A DNA stretch of 64,000 nucleotides from Minisyncoccota bacterium (GTDB lineage: Bacteria > Patescibacteriota > Minisyncoccia > Phycocordibacterales > JBAZVT01), in NCBI GenBank assembly GCA_041660745.1, contig JBAZVT010000001.1, positions 4,377 to 68,376 of the forward strand, in the 5' to 3' direction. The stretch's first letter is position 1, and each line of letters opens with the position of its first letter. Position numbers and translations under genes: made by a program. The notes under the pieces were generated by a model, which saw only the letters and a list, made by a program, of their open reading frames with translations, did not search any database and was not told where the DNA came from. This document shows, piece after piece, positions 57,633-64,000 of the stretch.

Positions 57633-60600
57633 TTACCTCTCAAAGGGGCCGGGCGCATCGGCAGGGTGTCGGATAGCATAACGAATCCCTAACCATGACT
57701 CAAAATCCCTGACGTAACTGAATAAAATGGGCACGAAGATCAGGCTAAGCGCGGTTGATGACAGTAAGCCGCCCATCACCGCGATGGCCATCGGCGCACG
57801 GAAGGAGGAATCGGCCCCAAGCCCTGCCGCAATGGGCAGCATCCCGGCCAGCATGGCGGACGAGGTCATGATTATGGGGCGGGCGCGGATTAGGCAGGCT
57901 TCTATTATCGCTTCCCGCATCGGCGTACCGGCGCGCATTTTCTCAATCATGTAATCCACCAGCAGGATGGCGTTCTTATCGGCAATGCCCATCAACATCA
58001 ACAGGCCAATGGCGACCGGCATGTTGAATGCCGTGCCGGTGAGCAGCAAAGCCAGGAATGACCCGCCAATGGCAAGCGGCAGCGCGGCCATGCGGGTGAG
58101 CGGTTGCAGCCAGTCCCGATACAGCAAAACCTGGATGGCATAGACCATCATCAGTCCGGCACCGATGGCGGTGAGGAAGCCGGTAAATAACTCCTGCATC
58201 ATTTCGACATCGCCGGTATCCAAACGCTGGATGTCGGCGGGCAGGTTTTGCAGCACAGGCAGCTTATTGATTTTTTCTACGGCAGTGCCCAACGGCACAC
58301 CATTCAGGTTCGCCGCTATGCTGATTTTACGTTGGCGGTCATCGCGCTCGATCACGCTGGGGCCAATGCCATACGCCACTTGCGCCACCGCTTTTATAGG
58401 CACGGCAGTGCCGTTGAGTGCAGGCAGCTTCAGGTTTTCGAGCACGGAAAGATTGGGATAATCGGCTGGCGGCAGGCGTACCCGTATCGGTATTTGTCGA
58501 TTGCCGTCGTTGAATTTGGCAAGCTGCGGTTCGTTATCCCCTATCGTGGCTATGCGAATCGCATCGCTGATTTGGTTGACCGTCAAACCCAGCGTGGCGA
58601 GCTTTTCAAAATCCGGCGTGATGATAATTTCAGGTTGTGGTTGTGCGGCACTGTTGGTGACGCTGCTCAGTTCGGGCAAGGCGCGCATCTGGCGCTCCAA
58701 GGTGGAGGCGGTGCTCTCCAGCTCCGCTGGGTTTTCGCTCAACAGGGTAATGTTTAGTTCTTTATCACCCTTATTGTTGGCGAAGTTTATGCGGACATCC
58801 GGGAACTTATGCAGTTCCGGGACTAATGCTTGCTCGAATTCACGCTGGCCTATTTCTCGTTCACTTCGCGGCACCAATTTGACGGTCAAACTCGCTTTAT
58901 TCACGCCGCCGTCCCTTTCATCGATCAAAGTTAGGACGTAGGCCACTTCTTTGCGCTGACGTAACATTTGCATAAGGTCTTGTGCGGTTTTATCGGTAGC
59001 CTCGATAGTCGCACCGCGCGGCATTTCTATCACGAGTTGCGACTGTGAGGTTTCTTCTTGAGGCATGGCTCCGGTTTGCAAAAAGGGGATGAGCGCGAAC
59101 GAACCTACCAGGATTACGCCGGCGATACCCAGCGTTTTAAGCCGGTGATCCAGAGTCCATTCGACCAGGTTATGGTAACGTTTTGTCCACTTGCTTGTTG
59201 GCAGCGCTTCGGCTTTTTCGTTGTGTGGCTTACACAAGTACGCAGCCAGCATCGGGGTGAGCAAGCGCGCCACAAGCAGCGAGAAAAAGGCCGCAATGGC
59301 CACCGTCATACCAAATTGCTTGAAGATTTGACCGACCATGCCGCCCAAAAAACTGACTGGCGCAAAGACGGCGCAAATGACCATCGTTGTGGCAACGACG
59401 GCTAGGCCGATTTCATCAGCCGCCTCCATTGCGGCTTCATAAGGCCGCTTGCCGCCGTCTAAATGGCGGTGAATGTTTTCGATTTCCACAATCGCATCAT
59501 CCACCAGCACCCCGGTTACCAAGGTGATGGCCAGCAAGCTGACCTGATTCAGCGAAAAGTCCAGCCAGGACATGACTAGGAATGTCGGGATAACCGAAAA
59601 GGGGATGGCAATAGCCGCCAGTACGGTGGCCCGTCCGTTGCGCAGGAACAGGTACATGACAAAAATCGTCAGCAGCGTGCCTTCAAAAAAGGCGGAAAGG
59701 GTGGCGTGAAAACTGGTCAGAGTCTCCTCGGCGGTTGAAAATAATTCGGTAAACTTGATGTCGGGTTGATCTGCCTGTAGGCGTTTAAGTGCTGCCTGTA
59801 CCTTCTCGGTCATGGCGACATCGCTGGCACCTTTGGCGCGGTAAAGCTGGAACGTAACCGCAGGCTTGCCATCCAGTTTGGTGATATTGCGTGCTTCCGC
59901 GCCGCCATCGGTGACTTCACCCAAATCGGATAAGCGCAGCATCCGGTTATTGTCCAGTGCAATTCGCAGGTTTTTAAGCTTATCGACGCTGTTGGCACCG
60001 CCCAAGGTGCGGAGGGTGTGTTCCGTGCCGCCAACGGTGATGCGCCCGCCGGGCAGGTCAATCGTGATCAGCGCCAGCCGACGGCTGATGTCGCTGGCGG
60101 TAAGGTTGTATGATTCCAAGCGTGCAGGATTCAGTGTGATGGTGATTTCATGGTCAACACCACCTTTGCGTTCCAGTTGTGCCACACCCGGAAGACTTAA
60201 CAGTTCACGGCTTAAACGGTCATCGATAAATTCGCTGAGTGCTTCGGGGCTGAGGTTGGGTGCTTCCACACTATAGGTGAGGGCGGGGCCGCCAAAACTA
60301 TCTACACGGCTTATCACCGGCTCCAAGATGCTGCCCGGTAATTCTTCGCGCAGCTTGGCTATGGCATCGCGGGTGTCATTCAGCGCGCGGTCGAAATCGG
60401 TCTCGAGTTGAAAGATTACCGTTGTATCGGAATGACTTTGGGTGATGGTCGAGGACACATGCTTCACGCCCAGCACCCCCGTCAATGCACTTTCCACCCG
60501 GCGTGTCACTTGCCCTTCCAGTTCAGTAGGGGCTGCCCCCGGCTGGGTAATGGCGACGGATACGATGGGTATGTCGACGTTTGGAGTATTGTTGATCGGC

Positions 60601-60701
60601 AGTTTGAAATAAGAAACGACACCTGCCACTGTCAGTATCAGAAACAATACCATCGGTGGGATAGGGTTGCGGATAGCCCAGGACGACAGCGTGAATTTCA
60701 T
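57633..60701 (-). CDS. Efflux RND transporter permease subunit.
   Basis: 1022 aa, 12-TM architecture with two large periplasmic loops. N-terminus MKFTLSSWAIRNPIPPMVLFLILTVAGVVSYFKLPIN. Confidence 0.8.
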   Translation of the reverse strand: MKFTLSSWAIRNPIPPMVLFLILTVAGVVSYFKLPINNTPNVDIPIVSVAITQPGAAPTELEGQVTRRVESALTGVLGVKHVSSTITQSHSDTTVIFQLETDFDRALNDTRDAIAKLREELPGSILEPVISRVDSFGGPALTYSVEAPNLSPEALSEFIDDRLSRELLSLPGVAQLERKGGVDHEITITLNPARLESYNLTASDISRRLALITIDLPGGRITVGGTEHTLRTLGGANSVDKLKNLRIALDNNRMLRLSDLGEVTDGGAEARNITKLDGKPAVTFQLYRAKGASDVAMTEKVQAALKRLQADQPDIKFTELFSTAEETLTSFHATLSAFFEGTLLTIFVMYLFLRNGRATVLAAIAIPFSVIPTFLVMSWLDFSLNQVSLLAITLVTGVLVDDAIVEIENIHRHLDGGKRPYEAAMEAADEIGLAVVATTMVICAVFAPVSFLGGMVGQIFKQFGMTVAIAAFFSLLVARLLTPMLAAYLCKPHNEKAEALPTSKWTKRYHNLVEWTLDHRLKTLGIAGVILVGSFALIPFLQTGAMPQEETSQSQLVIEMPRGATIEATDKTAQDLMQMLRQRKEVAYVLTLIDERDGGVNKASLTVKLVPRSEREIGQREFEQALVPELHKFPDVRINFANNKGDKELNITLLSENPAELESTASTLERQMRALPELSSVTNSAAQPQPEIIITPDFEKLATLGLTVNQISDAIRIATIGDNEPQLAKFNDGNRQIPIRVRLPPADYPNLSVLENLKLPALNGTAVPIKAVAQVAYGIGPSVIERDDRQRKISIAANLNGVPLGTAVEKINKLPVLQNLPADIQRLDTGDVEMMQELFTGFLTAIGAGLMMVYAIQVLLYRDWLQPLTRMAALPLAIGGSFLALLLTGTAFNMPVAIGLLMLMGIADKNAILLVDYMIEKMRAGTPMREAIIEACLIRARPIIMTSSAMLAGMLPIAAGLGADSSFRAPMAIAVMGGLLSSTALSLIFVPILFSYVRDFESWLGIRYAIRHPADAPGPFER

Positions 60702-61750
60702 GGCTTTTCCCCTATCGGCGTAATCGTATCGCCTTCTTTCAGCAAATGGCCTGCCCGTACGACGATTTGCAGATCGGTTGTTAACTTGTCACTTTCAACC
60801 AGCACCGCACTGGCGCTGCGTAAACGCACGGTAACGGGCAATGCGCTTATCCGGGTGCCTGTGACTTGCCAGACAAACGCCCCGTCTTTTCCGAGTAAAA
60901 TTGCGCTGGTTGGCAAGGCCAAGCCTTGAGCTTCCCGTGCGACCACCACTAGCTGACCGAATGCACCTACCGCCACCGCGCTACCTTTAACCAAAGTAAT
61001 GCGTACCCGTGCGCTGCGGTTGGCACTGTCCACCCGGGGCGAAATAAGGCGGATGATGCCTGCGATGGGTTGGTCGTGACCGGCGATGTTCACCGCCATT
61101 TTTTGGCCAATGCGTAAGCGGTTGAGGTCGGTTTCAGCCACTGTGGCTTCCAGTTCCATAATGCCGTCCAGCGCAATCCTGAATAAGGGGGTGCTTTCGC
61201 TCACCAAAGCACCAATACGCGCTTGCCGCTCATAGATGAACCCGGCTGCGGGTGACACGGCATCGCCGCGTTTGACGCTTAACGCCGCATCATCACGTCG
61301 GGCTTTGGCTGCCAAGAATGCCCCGCGCTTTTGCTGATAAAGTTCTTGGCTGACCGCGCCACTGTCCTTGATGCCTTCTACCCGATCAAATTCGCCTTTT
61401 GCTTGCGTATAAGCGGCTTCCAACTGCGCGAGCTGATGGCTGAAACTGCTGGCATCAAAGGTGGCAAGGCGCTGGCCTTTGCTTACCGTCATGCCTTCTT
61501 CGGCGGTTACGGTGGCAACACGCACATTCGCCAACTCGCTGGTGATAATTATTTCCTCACGCGGTACGACCACGCCGGAAAGCACCAAGGTTTCGCTGAG
61601 GCTTTGTTGCTTTGGGTGCGTTACCGTGACAGTTAGGGCCGCCGTATCCGCCGCTATCGGCACGACTGCCGGATGAGGCCATAAAAACCATCCGGCGATT
61701 GCAGCAACGATAACGACAGCTATGACAAGCCATTTATGTTTGGGCTTCAT
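60698..61750 (-). CDS. Efflux RND periplasmic adaptor (MFP/HlyD family).
   Basis: 350 aa. N-terminal TM, lipoyl/beta-barrel-like sequence. Translationally coupled to the RND gene. Confidence 0.75.
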   Translation of the reverse strand: MKPKHKWLVIAVVIVAAIAGWFLWPHPAVVPIAADTAALTVTVTHPKQQSLSETLVLSGVVVPREEIIITSELANVRVATVTAEEGMTVSKGQRLATFDASSFSHQLAQLEAAYTQAKGEFDRVEGIKDSGAVSQELYQQKRGAFLAAKARRDDAALSVKRGDAVSPAAGFIYERQARIGALVSESTPLFRIALDGIMELEATVAETDLNRLRIGQKMAVNIAGHDQPIAGIIRLISPRVDSANRSARVRITLVKGSAVAVGAFGQLVVVAREAQGLALPTSAILLGKDGAFVWQVTGTRISALPVTVRLRSASAVLVESDKLTTDLQIVVRAGHLLKEGDTITPIGEKP

Positions 61751-63201
61751 AGCCGCGTCTGTTCAGTTGCAATGCCGCCGCCCAGTGCTTTGGTCAAGGT
61801 CGCTATCCGGCTGGCGTGGTTTGCTTTTGCGTCCTGATGGCCTATCGTGCTACGGGCGTGGGCGACGAGGCTACTTTGCCATTCCAGGTCATCCACCAGT
61901 CCCCGGCTGTGTAAAAGCGTTATATTGGCGCCGATACGCGCCGCGTCCTTCTCGGAGAGGGTCGCGCTGCTTACCTGTTTGGCGGCGGCGCGCTCTGCGG
62001 CTAATGCTTGCTCCACTTCATTGATGGCAACGATGACGGCTTCACGATAAAGGGATGCTTTTTCAGCGAGCCTTGCGTCTTGTGCTTTGGCTTTGGCAAG
62101 GCGTGAGCCCCAGTCAAAGAGGGGAAGGGTAAGAACTGGCATACCGCTCAGTTGCACCGTCCCGCCTGAAAACGGGGCAGCAACAACATTGCCGACTTGC
62201 GATACACTGCCGGTTAGCGACAGTTTCGGGTATCGGTCGGCCTTCGCCAAATCCAGTTTACCGGCGGCGACGATGACATCGGCCTCCGCTTTGCGGATAT
62301 CAGGCCGGTTGCGTATCACATCAACAGGCGTATCGTTAAACACGAAATGGGGGAATAACGGCACTTCCGCCGGGGCTTCCCATTCCGGCGGCGCTTCGGT
62401 CAGGCCACAAAGCCGTGCCAGTTGTTGCCGTGATTCGGCCAAACTAATTTCTGCAGCCGCAAGCTCCCGCGCAACGCTTTGCTCATCTTGCGCCGCACGC
62501 GCAACGCCGGTATAAGCAATCAGGCCCGCTTTGGCTTTAGTCTCGCTCAAAGCCGATATGCGGCTTTGTGCTATGGCGATACTGTTTAATAGCGTCCGTT
62601 TTTTCTGATTGGCACGCAATTGGCTGTATCTCTGCACCGCTTCGGCGATCACAGCCGCACGCACGGCTTGTATATCGGCGCTGGCATAGCTGGTATTGGC
62701 CGCGACTATAGCCTGCGATGTGCCATACTGGCCATAGAGTGGAATTTCCCAAGCGACATCCGACCCGGCACTATACGTCCCCGTGGTTTTGCTATTGCTG
62801 CTATTTACCTGCGTGCCAGCGCCGTTAGCATTGCGATCTAACTGTAGCGACGCACTTAGGTTGATGTTGGGCAGATATTGGGTATTGCCCGCATCGCTCC
62901 GGGCGGCTTGAAGACGGAAACGCGCCTGTTCGATAGACAGGTTATCGCGCTCAATTTTCTCAAGCACAGCCACCAGCACCGGGTCATCGATTTGCCGCCA
63001 CCAAGTGTGCGACAGGGGTACAGGTTGGTCGCCCCTTGGCATTTCAGTATGCCAGCTTTTAGGCAAAGCGACATCGAGTGTAGGCTTTACCATGAACTCG
63101 GTGCAACCCGTCAGCGCCAGGATAATGGGAAGATGAAGCCATAACCTTTTCAGGCTACCTGCGTGAACAAGTAAAGTTGATCTTCGGTAAAAAATTCGCA
63201 T
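61747..63201 (-). CDS. Efflux outer-membrane factor (NodT/OprM-family lipoprotein).
   Basis: 484 aa. Lipobox ILALTGCTEF; two TolC-like repeats. First gene of an OMF-MFP-RND operon. Confidence 0.75.
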   Translation of the reverse strand: MRIFYRRSTLLVHAGSLKRLWLHLPIILALTGCTEFMVKPTLDVALPKSWHTEMPRGDQPVPLSHTWWRQIDDPVLVAVLEKIERDNLSIEQARFRLQAARSDAGNTQYLPNINLSASLQLDRNANGAGTQVNSSNSKTTGTYSAGSDVAWEIPLYGQYGTSQAIVAANTSYASADIQAVRAAVIAEAVQRYSQLRANQKKRTLLNSIAIAQSRISALSETKAKAGLIAYTGVARAAQDEQSVARELAAAEISLAESRQQLARLCGLTEAPPEWEAPAEVPLFPHFVFNDTPVDVIRNRPDIRKAEADVIVAAGKLDLAKADRYPKLSLTGSVSQVGNVVAAPFSGGTVQLSGMPVLTLPLFDWGSRLAKAKAQDARLAEKASLYREAVIVAINEVEQALAAERAAAKQVSSATLSEKDAARIGANITLLHSRGLVDDLEWQSSLVAHARSTIGHQDAKANHASRIATLTKALGGGIATEQTRL

Positions 63202-63339
63202 CTATTTCATCCCTGTAATGGGCACTTAAATCTCCAAAAGTCCTTTATGGCTTTCAATAACTTGACCTGCATTTATCGTTGTATTCACATCGTCCCCAAC
63301 TTTATTTGTTCCGAAGGCGGCTTTAGCCCGCACGAATGT

Positions 63340-63450
63340 GCGGTAGCCCGTGGTTTAAAACCACCGACTTTTAGTCGTCTTCACTTTAGTCGGCGGTTTA
63401 GTCCGCCGAAACCAAACCCACCAGCTTTAGCTGGTGGTTGTTTAGTCAGC
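63340..63450. repeat. Cluster of three tandem GC-stem/TTTA-loop hairpins (REP-like or terminator cluster).
   Basis: ccgacttttagtcg, cggcggtttagtccgccg and ccaccagctttagctggtgg, read directly. They lie just 3' of the minus-strand gene 63476..63844. Confidence 0.5.
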
Positions 63451-63475
63451 AACATACCTGCGTCAAAAGTACAGA

Positions 63476-63844
63476 TCACATCGCCAAGCCCTGAAAGGCC
63501 GTCGTGTTTTTCCCGCCAATTCGGGGTAGATTGTTGCCGTTATCCAGCCAGCCAATATCTATGCTCAATCGGGTCGACTTTCCGTTCACCACGATGAATA
63601 AGGTTGTACCCAAAACCATCGAACAGCGAGCGGAAGACTCCGTCTTGGTATCTAACACCAATAATTGTGAATACGGATTATTGTCAATCTCCCGGGACTT
63701 CGAAAAACACGCTTGCAAATGCCCCCAACCGTAGCATCCAACGGCCAATCCGATTGGCTTAGTTTTATCATCACCAACCGATGCCGCAGATAGTATGAGC
63801 AGCAAAGCGCTCGCAAACAGGCCTACAACCAATTTGTTGTTCAT
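63476..63844 (-). CDS. Small secreted hypothetical protein.
   Basis: 122-aa ORF with a signal peptide (LVVGLFASALLLILSAASVG). Confidence 0.4.
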   Translation of the reverse strand: MNNKLVVGLFASALLLILSAASVGDDKTKPIGLAVGCYGWGHLQACFSKSREIDNNPYSQLLVLDTKTESSARCSMVLGTTLFIVVNGKSTRLSIDIGWLDNGNNLPRIGGKNTTAFQGLAM

Positions 63845-64000
63845 CGTTATTTACCTTTGCGTAGATAATCGTTTAGCACGGCCCATTATTACGGGATGGC
63901 TAGCATTCAACAACGGTATTGGGATGGGTGTTTAGACCATCCTTAAGACGGGGCGTTACTCCGCCTTAAGGATGAGGCGCATTAAAAACGCTATGAATAT

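Noticed and set aside
1-64000. Search for tRNA or rRNA genes, especially an ICE attachment-site tRNA.
   Set aside because: No cloverleaf-compatible tRNA-like sequence or rRNA-like block was recognised by eye. The ICE integrase and att ends appear to lie outside this window.

Overview
The window is GC-rich proteobacterial DNA carrying the conjugation module of a genomic-island-type ICE (PFGI-1/ICEclc/pKLC102 class, MPF-G type IV secretion system), followed by accessory cargo.

The ICE module (about 650-24500, all on the minus strand) comprises:
- a MOBH HD-domain relaxase;
- a TraG-like protein and a VirB4/TraC-like ATPase;
- a TraD coupling protein;
- an SLT lytic transglycosylase;
- a PilL-like lipoprotein and many small ICE-specific membrane and periplasmic proteins.

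It appears to be two long operons, each preceded by the same ~32-bp conserved box. A low-GC DUF5131 (phage Gp37/Gp68) gene is inserted between them.

Downstream cargo, in order:
- an RHS polymorphic-toxin locus: a 2429-aa Sec-secreted RHS protein, its low-GC immunity gene, and a displaced orphan toxin-tip plus immunity cassette. Upstream of it are an alpha/alpha-toroid protein with an Ig-like domain and an IPTL-CTERM-like sorting tail, and a secreted Cys-rich protein with an in-frame amber codon;
- an 8.6-kb low-GC block bracketed by two inward-facing degenerate IS5-family remnants. It carries a Shango-like three-gene module (TerB-domain membrane protein, P-loop ATPase, Lhr-like DEAD/DEAH helicase) and a RelE/ParE toxin-antitoxin pair;
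- a ParDE pair;
- a membrane-anchored CHAP-like protein whose catalytic Cys is replaced by Ser;
- an AAA-ATPase + S8 subtilase pair resembling ietAS;
- a small protein with a possible HEPN Rx4H motif;
- an IS91-family unit (tyrosine recombinase + HUH transposase);
- an OMF-MFP-RND efflux operon.

No rRNA, tRNA or CRISPR was recognised. All functional calls come from recognisable sequence motifs and remembered family architectures. No database search was run.
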